Below are positions 19,194 to 28,340 of a stretch of 64,000 nucleotides of DNA, piece after piece. A program made the position numbers and the translations under genes. Numbering within the stretch: position 1 is the first letter of the stretch; each line of letters begins with the position of its first letter. This DNA comes from Acidobacteriota bacterium (GTDB taxonomy: Bacteria > Acidobacteriota > UBA6911 > RPQK01 > DATIPO01), in contig DATIPQ010000098.1 in NCBI GenBank assembly GCA_035471785.1, positions 41,446-105,445 on the forward strand, read 5' to 3'. Under the pieces are notes generated by a model. That model saw only the letters and a program-made list of their open reading frames with translations. It searched no databases and was not told where the DNA came from.

Positions 19194-20147
19194 ATGGCGA
19201 AGATGGCCGTTTTAGCGGGTGGAATCGGCGGGTCCAAGCTGCTGACTGGACTTTACGCTCAGCTTGAGGGGCGCGATCTGACCGTTGTCGGCAATACTGG
19301 CGACGACTTGCGGATACACGGGCTGCGGGTCTGTCCCGACCTCGACACCATCACCTACACGCTCACCGGATTGGTAGAGCCTGAAAGAGGCTGGGGGCGG
19401 GCCGGGGAGACTTTTCACTGCCTGCAAGAATTGTCGCGGCTGGGCGCCGACACCTGGTTCCAGCTTGGGGACCGCGATCTGGCCCTGCATCTGCAGCGCA
19501 CCCGCTGGCTGGCTGAGGGTCTGCCGCTAAGCCACGTGACTCAGCGCATCGCGCAGGCCCTCGGGCTTGGCTGCCGCCTCTTGCCCATGAGCGAAGACTA
19601 TCGTCCCACCTGCCTGGAAACCTCTCAGGGACGTTTGCATGTACAGGAATACTTCGTGCGGGAAGGAACGCGTCCTCGGGTCAAGCGGCTGATTTTTCCC
19701 GAGTCGAGGCCTCCTGCCGAGGGAGTCTCGAACGCCCTGCGCCAGGCCGAAGCCATTGTCATCGCGCCCAGTAACCCCTTCCTCAGCATTCAGCCTATCC
19801 TGGCGCTGGACGGCGTCCGGCGCTGCTTGCAGGAGAGGCGGCAGCGGGTCATGGTGGTGACGCCCGTGGTGGGAGGGAAGAGCCTCAAAGGACCCACCGC
19901 CAAGATGCTGAGCGAGTTGGGGCACCAGGTCACGGCCGGCGGCGTGGCCCGAATCTACCAGCCCCTGGCCCGCCATTTCATCCTCGATCAGAGGGATGCG
20001 GGTCTTAGGCGGCAAATTGAAGCGATGGGCTACAAAGTCCACTTGGCTGATACGGTTATGAACACAAGAGGCGAAAAGATAGCTCTGGCCCGAAGGGTGT
20101 TGGACATCTTTCAAGATCATCTTTCCACTCAAAGAGAATCCTCATGA
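19194..20147 (+). CDS. cofD: 2-phospho-L-lactate transferase
   Basis: LAGGIGGSKLL P-loop-like motif and CofD/FbiA-like length. ATGA overlap with cofC. Confidence 0.85.
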   Translation: MAKMAVLAGGIGGSKLLTGLYAQLEGRDLTVVGNTGDDLRIHGLRVCPDLDTITYTLTGLVEPERGWGRAGETFHCLQELSRLGADTWFQLGDRDLALHLQRTRWLAEGLPLSHVTQRIAQALGLGCRLLPMSEDYRPTCLETSQGRLHVQEYFVREGTRPRVKRLIFPESRPPAEGVSNALRQAEAIVIAPSNPFLSIQPILALDGVRRCLQERRQRVMVVTPVVGGKSLKGPTAKMLSELGHQVTAGGVARIYQPLARHFILDQRDAGLRRQIEAMGYKVHLADTVMNTRGEKIALARRVLDIFQDHLSTQRESS

Positions 20148-20800
20148 CTGTGGTGCTGCTGCCGGTCAAGGGCCTGGACTGCTGCAAACAGCGGCTGGCA
20201 CCGGTGTTGTCGGCGGTTCAGCGGCGGGAGCTGATGTGGACCCTCTACCGGCGCACAGCGGACGTTTTGCAGCGCGCATTGAAACACCCTGAGGGAGCGG
20301 TTGTCGAGGTGGCGGTGGTGACGCCCGACGTCCAGATCGCTTCCCATGCCTCGTCCCTGGGGTGGACGGTATTGCAGGAAGAGGGCACTCTTTGCGAGAG
20401 CCGCTCCGTCGACTGGGCTTGCGGGAAGCTTTTAGCTTCCGGCGCCGCCAGCGTCCTGCGTCTTCCTTGCGACCTGCCGCTGTTGCGGCCCGAGGACATC
20501 TCGGCTTTGTGCAAGGCCGAGGGCGAGGCGGACTGCCTGTTGGTCCCCTCCCGCTCAGGAAACGGAACCAATGCGCTGCTGCGCACGCCGCCCGATGCCT
20601 TCCCTTCCCGCTTCGGCCCCGACAGCCGCAAGCTGCACCAAGCCGAGGCGCGCCGTCGGGGAATTGACCTGCGCATCCTGGAGCTGCCCTCGGTGGCCCT
20701 TGATCTGGACACGCGGGACGACCTGAGGTACTTCCTGGGCGCCGCCCGACCGCCACATCGCGTCCTCGATCTGCTGTCTTGCTGGGAGTTGAAACCGTGA
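20144..20800 (+). CDS. cofC: 2-phospho-L-lactate guanylyltransferase
   Basis: LLPVKGLDCCKQRL...FGPDS...RRG matches the CofC/FbiD MobA-like fold. Confidence 0.8.
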   Translation: MTVVLLPVKGLDCCKQRLAPVLSAVQRRELMWTLYRRTADVLQRALKHPEGAVVEVAVVTPDVQIASHASSLGWTVLQEEGTLCESRSVDWACGKLLASGAASVLRLPCDLPLLRPEDISALCKAEGEADCLLVPSRSGNGTNALLRTPPDAFPSRFGPDSRKLHQAEARRRGIDLRILELPSVALDLDTRDDLRYFLGAARPPHRVLDLLSCWELKP

Positions 20801-21555
20801 ACGATCTGCAAATCCTGCCCATAAGGCTGGAAGAGGATATCCAACCTGGCGACGACCTGACAGAGTTGCTGGCTCAAGCCCTGTACAAAAGGGCGTTGTC
20901 GCTGCGCGACGAGGACGTGCTGGTGGTCTGTCACAAGATCATCTCCAAGGCCGAGGGGAAAATCGTGGCCTTGGAGGGCGTCCGCCCTTCGGCGCTGGCC
21001 AAGTCCTGGGCCGCCCGCTTCGACCGGGACGCGCGCCTGATCGAAGTGGTGCTCAGCCAAGCGCGGCGCATCGTGCGCATGGAAGAAGGCCTCGTTATCG
21101 CCGAGACGATCCATGGATTCGTGGCGGCCAACTGCGGGGTGGACACCTCTAACGCGCCTCCCGATTGTGCCGTGCTGTTGCCCTCGGCACCCGATGTTTC
21201 GGCCAAACGTTTGGCCGAAGGCTTGGGCCGGCGGTTTGGCTGCCGCCTTTCCTGCATCGTCTCCGACACCTTCGGGCGACCCTGGAGAATGGGCTTGCTG
21301 GAAGTGGCGATAGGTGTCTGGGGCTTCGCTCCCCTCATCGACTTGCGAGGAGAGCCTGACCGCGCGGGCAGGGAGATGCGGTCGAGCATTGTGGCGCTGG
21401 CTGATCAAGCGGCGGCGGCGGCGGGTCTGGTTATGAAGAAGGACGCAGGCATTCCCGCCGTGCTCATCCGCGGACTCGAACTGCCGGGCCCACGCAGAAA
21501 CAACCGCAGTGGAAAAGATTTGCTGCGCCCAGCCGGACAAGACCTGTTCAGGTAG
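20797..21555 (+). CDS. cofE: Coenzyme F420-0:L-glutamate ligase
   Basis: ILPIRLEEDIQPGDDL...VVCHKIISKAEG is CofE-like. GTG start overlaps the cofC stop (GTGA). Confidence 0.8.
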   Translation: MNDLQILPIRLEEDIQPGDDLTELLAQALYKRALSLRDEDVLVVCHKIISKAEGKIVALEGVRPSALAKSWAARFDRDARLIEVVLSQARRIVRMEEGLVIAETIHGFVAANCGVDTSNAPPDCAVLLPSAPDVSAKRLAEGLGRRFGCRLSCIVSDTFGRPWRMGLLEVAIGVWGFAPLIDLRGEPDRAGREMRSSIVALADQAAAAAGLVMKKDAGIPAVLIRGLELPGPRRNNRSGKDLLRPAGQDLFR

Positions 21556-21559
21556 TTCC

Positions 21560-21590
21560 GTCCCGGCCCCGTGAGGCGGTGCTATAATTC
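21560..21590 (+). promoter_or_regulatory. Candidate sigma70-type promoter (-10 TATAAT at 21583..21588) for selC
   Basis: A perfect TATAAT sits 13 nt upstream of the tRNA-Sec 5' end. The -35 is weak. Confidence 0.25.
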
Positions 21591-21601
21591 CCAGCGTTTC
21601 A

Positions 21602-21700
21602 GGAGGTACGTCTCGTCTGGTGACGGGCCTGGTCTTCAAAACCAGTCGAGCCGCGTCGAGAGGCGTGGCTGGTGGGTTCGATTCCCATGTACCTCCGCCA
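21602..21700 (+). tRNA. selC: tRNA-Sec (selenocysteine tRNA, anticodon UCA)
   Basis: 8-bp acceptor stem GGAGGUAC/GUACCUCC with G discriminator and CCA. Anticodon stem CUGGU/ACCAG with loop CUUCAAA (UCA). Long variable arm. 5-bp T stem (8/5 architecture). 99 nt. Confidence 0.85.
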
Positions 21701-21806
21701 GTCCATTTCTTCGAGGGGACGATACTTGCAAGCTCAACACCTCATCGATCAGATCACCGAAGAGATCTTCCGGCGGCTGGAAGGCCAGGGCTTCAACGCC
21801 GGAGGG

Positions 21807-22583
21807 ATGGCTTGCCAGGCGGCCTGCATCGAGAAGGACGCAGACAAGGTCCGCTTTATGATCGAGTGCGGAGCTCAGAGGCTGGGCTTTCACGCCGATA
21901 AGCCATCAGCAGCCGGAGATCTGGCCAGGTATATCGACCACACCTTGCTCAAACCCACAGCCACACGCTCCCAAATCGAAAAGCTTTGCCAGGAAGCCCG
22001 CCAGTATCGATTCGCCTCTGTCTGCATCAACCCCTCTTACGTGGGCCTCGCCGCCGACCAATTGAAAGGGACGGCGGTGGCGGTCTGCACCGTCGTCGGG
22101 TTTCCTTTAGGCGCCAACGCTTACGACGTTAAAGCCTACGAGGCGCGCCGGGCCATCTGTGACGGGGCCGACGAAATCGACATGGTCATCAACATCGGTG
22201 CCCTCAAGGGCAACCAGGACGATGTCGTTCTTCGAGACATCGCGGCCGTCACCGAGGCCTGCCACGATTCGGGAGCCATCTGCAAGGTCATCATCGAGGC
22301 AGCCTATTTAAACGAAGACGAGAAGGTCCGGGCCTGCCAACTCTCTAAAAAAGCTCACGCCGACTTCGTGAAGACCTCGACGGGATTTGGCCCGGGAGGA
22401 GCGACCCTGGAAGACGTGGCCCTGATGCGGAGGACGGTCGGATCGGAGATTGGAGTCAAAGCCGCCGGTGGAATCGGCGATTCCGAGGCCACCCGAAAAA
22501 TGCTGGAAGCCGGCGCCACCCGCATCGGCGCCAGTGCCGGAATCAAGATCGTACAGGGTGAGAAGGGAAGCGAAGTCTATTAG
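21807..22583 (+). CDS. deoC: Deoxyribose-phosphate aldolase
   Basis: DHTLLKP...CINP...VVGFPLG...MVIN...KVIIE...KTSTGF...AAGGI. The start is moved downstream of the tRNA-Sec gene. An N-terminal extension is possible. Confidence 0.8.
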   Translation: MACQAACIEKDADKVRFMIECGAQRLGFHADKPSAAGDLARYIDHTLLKPTATRSQIEKLCQEARQYRFASVCINPSYVGLAADQLKGTAVAVCTVVGFPLGANAYDVKAYEARRAICDGADEIDMVINIGALKGNQDDVVLRDIAAVTEACHDSGAICKVIIEAAYLNEDEKVRACQLSKKAHADFVKTSTGFGPGGATLEDVALMRRTVGSEIGVKAAGGIGDSEATRKMLEAGATRIGASAGIKIVQGEKGSEVY

Positions 22584-22597
22584 CCGGCTCCCTTTTT
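22565..22597 (+). terminator. Candidate intrinsic terminator after deoC
   Basis: GGGAAGC/GCUCCC stem followed by UUUUU. Confidence 0.35.
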
Positions 22598-22805
22598 CGA
22601 CAGGGTAACTAGCCGCCGATAAAGGACTTAATCGACTTATCCTCGATACGCACAGCACCTCTTTCCCACAGCCCGATGAAAGCGGAAGAGAGACTTTTTC
22701 TTCCACCGCTTGGAGTGCTTTTTCAAAAGGCGATGTGAACGGATTTCAAACGTAGGAAGCGAGAGCAGCGATGCGCTTGCGGCGATTTTCACAACATCCA
22801 CAGGC

Positions 22806-22852
22806 CCTACTAGTAGGACTATTAATAAACACTCTCTTCTAGTTCACTAGAA
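22806..22852 (+). promoter_or_regulatory. Two CTAG-containing palindromes in the amidase promoter region (CCTACTAGTAGG at 22806..22817; TTCTAGT-tc-ACTAGAA at 22837..22852)
   Basis: One perfect 12-bp palindrome and one 7-bp inverted repeat flank an AT-rich stretch, 45 to 90 nt upstream of the amidase start. Confidence 0.35.
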
Positions 22853-22895
22853 GGGAATCTCGGGAACCACCGGGAGGGGAGAAAATACTGCGATT

Positions 22896-23918
22896 ATGAG
22901 CGATCTCCAGTACAACGCGGCCGTCATACAGACCGATCAGGAGAATCCCCGCAACCGCCAGGAGATGAAGCGCAACACCCGGCGCATCCTGGAGCTGATC
23001 GATTGTGCGGTGGTCGGCTACAAACCCTTCCTGCCGGTTCGCTTGCTGGTTTTTCCCGAATTCGCCCACTCCGCCCCGGCCTACCAGACGCTCAAGGAAC
23101 TGCGCGGCAAGCTGGGGGTCGAGATCCCCAACGAGCACACCGAGAAACTGTGTCGGAAAGCCAGGGAATACAACGTGTTCATCCAATCCGGGAGCATGCT
23201 CGAGGTGGACCCCAAGTATCCCAATGCGCTCTTCAATACGACCTGTCTGATCGGTCCCCAGGGGCTGCTCAGCAAGTACCGCAAGGTCTATCCCTGGATC
23301 CCTTGGGAGGTCCACACCAGTCCCCATGACATCGAAGGCTATGAAGAGGAGATGTTTCCGGTGGTCGACTGCGAGATCGGCCGCCTGGGCGCCGCGATTT
23401 GTTACGACTGGCTCTTCCCTGAAACGTTACGCCAATTGACGGCAAACGGGGCTGAGGTGCTGATCCGCGTGTCCGCTTACATGGATCCTTTCGGCGCCAC
23501 GCAACCCAACGACTGGTGGACGGTGGTCAATCGCTGCAGGGCCCTGGAGAACATCGCCTACGTGGTGGCCGCCAACCAGGCCGCCAAGCTGGTTCACTAC
23601 CCGCCTTTCTCGTGGCCGGGAGGCAGCATGATCGTTGATTACGACGGGCGCCTGGTGACGCAAGCCACGCCTGGCGACGGGGAAAAGATAACGGTTGGAC
23701 CGGTGGATGTTTCATTGTTGCGAGCTGAGCGCCGCAAACGAAGCGCACATCAAATGTTGGCTCATCTGCGCTGCGAGGCTCACCCTCTCTACCGCAAGTC
23801 CGTTTACCAGGGAGGATTTAATGGCCGCGGCGACTTCACCTATCAGGAGAACGAGGAGAAAATAGCCCAGGCCAAGGAGAAATTGGGGTACCTTGAAAGG
23901 CGAAACGAGAAGGGATGA
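22896..23918 (+). CDS. Aliphatic amidase/formamidase (nitrilase superfamily, AmiE/AmiF-like)
   Basis: LVFPEF...KYRKVYPWIPWE...AAICYDWLFPE aligns with AmiE catalytic E-K-C regions. GGGAGGGGAG RBS. Confidence 0.85.
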   Translation: MSDLQYNAAVIQTDQENPRNRQEMKRNTRRILELIDCAVVGYKPFLPVRLLVFPEFAHSAPAYQTLKELRGKLGVEIPNEHTEKLCRKAREYNVFIQSGSMLEVDPKYPNALFNTTCLIGPQGLLSKYRKVYPWIPWEVHTSPHDIEGYEEEMFPVVDCEIGRLGAAICYDWLFPETLRQLTANGAEVLIRVSAYMDPFGATQPNDWWTVVNRCRALENIAYVVAANQAAKLVHYPPFSWPGGSMIVDYDGRLVTQATPGDGEKITVGPVDVSLLRAERRKRSAHQMLAHLRCEAHPLYRKSVYQGGFNGRGDFTYQENEEKIAQAKEKLGYLERRNEKG

Positions 23919-23981
23919 CGAGTTGCTCCTGATTGCGAAAACTGTTAGGATCTAATCCTTTTTTGAGAAGAGAGGTAACAG

Positions 23982-24119
23982 ATGAAAAGGACTTTTCAGC
24001 CTAATCGCCGCCGCCGCGCCAAGAAACATGGTTTTCGTGCCCGGATGCGCAGTGTCAGCGGTCGCCGGATCATTAATCGCCGCCGCGCCAAGGGCCGGAA
24101 GAAGGTCAGCGTGTCCTAG
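23982..24119 (+). CDS. rpmH: 50S ribosomal protein L34
   Basis: [45 protein letters not shown]. It is below the ORF track's size cut-off. Confidence 0.9.
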   Translation: MKRTFQPNRRRRAKKHGFRARMRSVSGRRIINRRRAKGRKKVSVS

Positions 24120-24481
24120 TGTCCGGAGACTTTCGCTTAAGGCGGGAAATGCGGTTGCGCAAGCGCCGTCAGTTCCTCTCCTTGTACAGCGAGGCGGACC
24201 GAGTCCACACCCCTTTCTTTGTCCTGTTTCTCCGCGCCAACAACCTCCCACACAGCCGTCTCGGCGTCACCGTCTCTAGAAAGATAGGGAAGCCGATTAT
24301 TCGGAATCTCGTCAAGAGGAGGTTGCGCGAGATCTTCCGTCAAGAGCAGGCGAATATCGACCCGCCCTGCGACGTTGTAGTAAATGTCAAGAGGCCGGCT
24401 TCGCGGGCCGCCTACCAGGAGCTTCGGAAAAGCTTCGAGGGAGCGGTGAAACGCTGGAGGTTAGGAGCGAAGGAAAGGTGA
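24119..24481 (+). CDS. rnpA: Ribonuclease P protein component
   Basis: GTG start overlaps the rpmH stop. Basic RnpA-like sequence in the conserved rpmH-rnpA context. Confidence 0.85.
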   Translation: MSGDFRLRREMRLRKRRQFLSLYSEADRVHTPFFVLFLRANNLPHSRLGVTVSRKIGKPIIRNLVKRRLREIFRQEQANIDPPCDVVVNVKRPASRAAYQELRKSFEGAVKRWRLGAKER

Positions 24482-24687
24482 AAAGTTTTGTGGTGGGCTT
24501 GCTCAAGGGATACAAGCGGTTCGTATCGCCGATACTCCCTAAGGCCTGCCGGTTCCATCCCACCTGCTCTGAATACATGCGCGAAGCTGTGGAAAAATAT
24601 GGAGTGATCAAGGGCGTCGGCCTGGGCGTCCGTAGGATAATGCGTTGCCATCCTTGGAATGCGGGAGGGTTTGACCCGGTTCCTTGA
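24478..24687 (+). CDS. yidD: Membrane protein insertion efficiency factor
   Basis: YKRFVSPILPKACRFHPTCSEY signature. Confidence 0.85.
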   Translation: MKSFVVGLLKGYKRFVSPILPKACRFHPTCSEYMREAVEKYGVIKGVGLGVRRIMRCHPWNAGGFDPVP

Positions 24688-24713
24688 AGAGGGAGAATGA
24701 GGCTCGACACCCT

Positions 24714-26468
24714 ATGAACGAACTGCAGGATCCAAAAACCCAAGGATCGGAGTGGCGGGTCATCCTGGCCGTTGTCTTGTCCATGCTGGTTGTGCTGAGC
24801 TTCCAGTTCTTCATGCCGCGGCCGGCGAGCACTCCCGTTGAGTCGATTCCTCCGCCGGCCGTCCAAGGAGAAGACCCCGAAGCGTCCGCCGCAGGTACGC
24901 AGAACGCCACTGCTGAAACCGCGACTCCGCCGCCGTCCTCAAACGCCCGGCAGGGCGCCGAAGAATTGCCGCCGACGCAGGCATCCCCAACTGAGGTGGT
25001 GATGGAGAACGACGCCATGCGGTTGATATGGAGCAACCGCAGGGGCGGTCTGGTGTCGGCCGAATTACTCAACTACTTCAATGACAAAGGCCTGCCCGTG
25101 CAAGTACTTCCTCAGAACTTGCCCGAAGACGCTACGCGGCCCCTGGAAGTGAAGGTGGCCGGCGAGGTCTACGAGTCGATTCTGAGGGAAGCGGTCTACG
25201 AAGTGGAAGGGCCATCGGGCGGACGGGTTCCCGCGGGCGGAGAATTGAAGATGCGTTTCCGCCGCGGGCCTCTGCAGGTGGAAAGGCGCATCCGCATTCC
25301 CCGGGAGGGCTACACGCTGCAGGTGAGCACGGACGTGCGGGTGGACGGGGTGAGCACCGCCTACACCTTGACTATGGGCGCCGGAATCGGGCGACATGGT
25401 CCGGAGAGCGGTTGGCAAGGCGATTTCCGCTATCCCCGCGTGGTCTATCGCGGCGCCGGCGGACTCACCAGTTTCGGTTCAGGCGGTCTGGAAGGCGAAA
25501 GACATATCAGCGGCAGCCCGGTGGATTGGCTGGCTGTCGACAGCCTCTATTTCACCTACGTATTACTGAGCGGCGAACGCCTTTTTCCTCGCGCCGAGGT
25601 CTTCGAACGTAGCTACGCCTTTCCCAACGCTGAAGGCGAAGTCGAGGAGAAAGTCCTGCAACTGGCCGAGGTGCAGGTGCCGGCCGGGGCCCAGGTGGAT
25701 CTGTTTATCGGTCCCAAATACCCTGAGCGGTTGCGCGCGGTTGAGCCAAGCCTGCCCCAGCTCATCGACTACGGGTACCTTGAGATTCTGGTCGTTCCCC
25801 TCAAGTGGGCGCTCAACAGGGCCAACGATTTCATCCACAACTACGGCTTCTCCATCATTTTCCTGACCTTCGCCATCAACCTGGTGCTGGCCCCTATCCG
25901 CATCAAACAAGTCCGCTCCATGAAGAAGATGGGCGAACTCCAACCGCAGATGAAGGCCATCCAGGAAAAGTACAAGAAGATGAAGCGCGATGACCCGCGG
26001 CGCTTAAAGATGAACGAAGAGGTGATGGCGCTCTACAAACAGCACGGCGTCAATCCCCTGGGCGGATGTCTCCCGCTGCTGCTGCAGATGCCGTTCCTCT
26101 TCGCCTTTTATCAGATGATCGCCTACTCGATCGAGTTGCGGGAAGCGCCGTTCATGCTGTGGATACAAGACTTGTCGCGCCCCGATCCCTATTACATCAC
26201 CCCCCTGGTCATGGGCGCAACCATGGTAGGCCAGCAGGCCATGACGCCTTCCATGGGCGACGCGACTCAGCGCAAGATGATGATGTTCATGCCGGTGGTC
26301 TTCACGTTCTTCTTCCTGAACGTGTCGAGCGGTCTGGCGATTTACTTTCTTTTCAGCAATGTCTTCGGAATGGCCTTCCAAAAGGGATTCCAGGCCTTGA
26401 TGCCGGAAGAGGAAAAGAAAGTGTCGAGCAAACCCAAGGGTCCATCCAAGAAAAGCAGGAGGAAGTGA
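24714..26468 (+). CDS. yidC: Membrane protein insertase YidC
   Basis: Large periplasmic domain plus a C-terminal 60-kDa IMP core (LPLLLQMPFLFAFYQ). ATG 24714 is used; the in-frame TTG at 24684 is the alternative. Confidence 0.85.
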   Translation: MNELQDPKTQGSEWRVILAVVLSMLVVLSFQFFMPRPASTPVESIPPPAVQGEDPEASAAGTQNATAETATPPPSSNARQGAEELPPTQASPTEVVMENDAMRLIWSNRRGGLVSAELLNYFNDKGLPVQVLPQNLPEDATRPLEVKVAGEVYESILREAVYEVEGPSGGRVPAGGELKMRFRRGPLQVERRIRIPREGYTLQVSTDVRVDGVSTAYTLTMGAGIGRHGPESGWQGDFRYPRVVYRGAGGLTSFGSGGLEGERHISGSPVDWLAVDSLYFTYVLLSGERLFPRAEVFERSYAFPNAEGEVEEKVLQLAEVQVPAGAQVDLFIGPKYPERLRAVEPSLPQLIDYGYLEILVVPLKWALNRANDFIHNYGFSIIFLTFAINLVLAPIRIKQVRSMKKMGELQPQMKAIQEKYKKMKRDDPRRLKMNEEVMALYKQHGVNPLGGCLPLLLQMPFLFAFYQMIAYSIELREAPFMLWIQDLSRPDPYYITPLVMGATMVGQQAMTPSMGDATQRKMMMFMPVVFTFFFLNVSSGLAIYFLFSNVFGMAFQKGFQALMPEEEKKVSSKPKGPSKKSRRK

Positions 26469-26472
26469 ATCG

Positions 26473-26928
26473 ATGACGGAGCAAAGCGAGAAGCTGGCGG
26501 CCCAGGTGGAAAAATTCATGACCGAGCTGCTCGGGCATATGCAGTTGGATGTGAAGATGGAGTTGGAGGAGACGGACCAGACCATCGAAGTCCGGCTGAG
26601 CGGCGCGGACTCTGAAGTGATCCTCAGAAACGGCGCCCGCACCCTCGAGGCCTTCAACGACATCGTCAATCAGATCTTTTATCAACCTCGCGACGTGCGG
26701 GTCGAGATCGATTGTGAAGATTACCGGCTGGGGCGAGTCCTGGAGTTGGAGCTGTTGGCGCGAAGCGCGGCCGAGAAGACTCGTGTATCGGGCCAGTCCT
26801 TCCGCTTTCAGCCCATGCCGCCGGCTGAACGCCGCACCATTCATCTCACGCTGGCCAAGGAAGAGGGCGTGCGCACGGAAAGCTCGGGCCACGGCACCAA
26901 CCGCCATGTCGTGGTCATGCCCGCCTAG
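26473..26928 (+). CDS. khpB: Jag/KhpB RNA-binding protein (KH + R3H)
   Basis: C-terminal R3H-like motif (ERRTIHLTLAKEEGVRTESSGHG). Confidence 0.8.
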   Translation: MTEQSEKLAAQVEKFMTELLGHMQLDVKMELEETDQTIEVRLSGADSEVILRNGARTLEAFNDIVNQIFYQPRDVRVEIDCEDYRLGRVLELELLARSAAEKTRVSGQSFRFQPMPPAERRTIHLTLAKEEGVRTESSGHGTNRHVVVMPA

Positions 26929-26940
26929 CGAGGTGCCGAC

Positions 26941-28317
26941 GTGTCGGCTGATCTCAACGACACGATCATCGCTCTAGCCACGGTTCCCGGCCGCAGCGCT
27001 CTGGCGCTATTGCGCATCAGCGGCCCACAGTCCCTCGAGTTTCTGACCCGCCTCTGTGAGGCCCGGCAGTGGAGAGAACGTCCCCGCCAGGCACGGTTGA
27101 CGCGCCTCAACGATCTGCAAGGCGGCGAAATTGACCGCGGCCTGGTCACCTTCTTTTCCGCTCCGCATTCCTACACGGGACAGGACGTGGTCGAGATCTC
27201 CCTGCACGGGAGTTCCTGGGTTTGCCGCAAGGTCCTGGAGTGCGCACTGCAGTCGGGACTCCGTTTGGCGGGTCCGGGCGAGTTCACTCAACGCGCCTTC
27301 TTGCTGGGGAAGATGGATCTGATCCAGGCCGAGGCGGTGCGCGATCTGATCGAGAGCGAAACGGCCTTCCAAGCCAGGGTCGCGCGCAGCCAGATGGAGG
27401 GCGCTCTGAGCAGGCGCCTGCAACCTCTCAAGGATGAACTGGTCAAAGTCATATCCCACATGGAGACGGCCCTGGAGTTCGTAGAGGACCAGGTCGAACC
27501 CGAAGGCCGGGAAGCCCTGACGCAGCGTCTGCTGGAAGCGGCCGATTTTCTGGCTGAGCTGGAGGAGAGTTTCCAGGTGGGACGGCTCTTGCACGAGGGA
27601 ATTACGATAGCTCTCGTAGGTCGTCCGAACGTGGGCAAGTCGAGTCTCTTCAATGCTCTCATGAGCGATGAGCGCGCCATCGTCACCGAGATTCCGGGCA
27701 CCACGCGCGACGCTTTGAGGGAGAGGGTCGATCTGCACGGAATCCCCGCCCAGATCGTGGATACGGCCGGCATCCGGGAAACCCGGGAGGAGGTTGAAAA
27801 GCTGGGCGTGGAACGCACTTTGCAGATGGTGGCCGAGGCCGACGTGAGCGTCTTCGTGGTGGATGGGGCGGAGCCTTTCTCCGACGAGGATAGTAGATCA
27901 TGGCAGGCGGTGGAGGGACGGCGCCCGCTGCTGGTGGTCAACAAGCGCGACAAAGGGGTGTCGATCGAGCTTCCTGAGCGGGTCGAGCAAGGCTGCATCG
28001 GCCGTCTGGAAGTGTCGGCGGCGAGCGGGGAAGGGGTGGACCGGCTGCGGCAGGAATTGTGGCGCTTGGCCGGGGGAGAGGAAGTGGCGGCGGGCGGGGA
28101 GGCGGCGTTGCTGACCAATGTGCGCCAGCAAGGCTGCGTGCGCGAGTGCCGGGAGGCCCTCTTGGAGGGCTTGCAGGGATATCGTTCAGGCTTGAGCGAG
28201 GAATTTGCCCTCTATGACCTGCGCCGGGCCTTGGAGGCCCTGGGCAGGCTGACGGGCGAGGTGACGGTGGAGGAGATCCTGGGCGAGATCTTTTCCACGT
28301 TCTGCATCGGCAAGTAG
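26941..28317 (+). CDS. mnmE: tRNA modification GTPase MnmE
   Basis: GRPNVGKSSLFNAL, DTAGIRET, and a C-terminal CIGK. Confidence 0.9.
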   Translation: MSADLNDTIIALATVPGRSALALLRISGPQSLEFLTRLCEARQWRERPRQARLTRLNDLQGGEIDRGLVTFFSAPHSYTGQDVVEISLHGSSWVCRKVLECALQSGLRLAGPGEFTQRAFLLGKMDLIQAEAVRDLIESETAFQARVARSQMEGALSRRLQPLKDELVKVISHMETALEFVEDQVEPEGREALTQRLLEAADFLAELEESFQVGRLLHEGITIALVGRPNVGKSSLFNALMSDERAIVTEIPGTTRDALRERVDLHGIPAQIVDTAGIRETREEVEKLGVERTLQMVAEADVSVFVVDGAEPFSDEDSRSWQAVEGRRPLLVVNKRDKGVSIELPERVEQGCIGRLEVSAASGEGVDRLRQELWRLAGGEEVAAGGEAALLTNVRQQGCVRECREALLEGLQGYRSGLSEEFALYDLRRALEALGRLTGEVTVEEILGEIFSTFCIGK

Positions 28318-28340
28318 GGGCCAGGCGGGTGAGGCCCTGG

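Noticed and set aside
21672-21806. Upstream 45 codons of the deoC ORF
   Set aside because: This stretch overlaps the tRNA-Sec gene on the same strand and has no start codon after the tRNA until ATG 21807 (an in-frame TTG at 21726 is an unlikely alternative).
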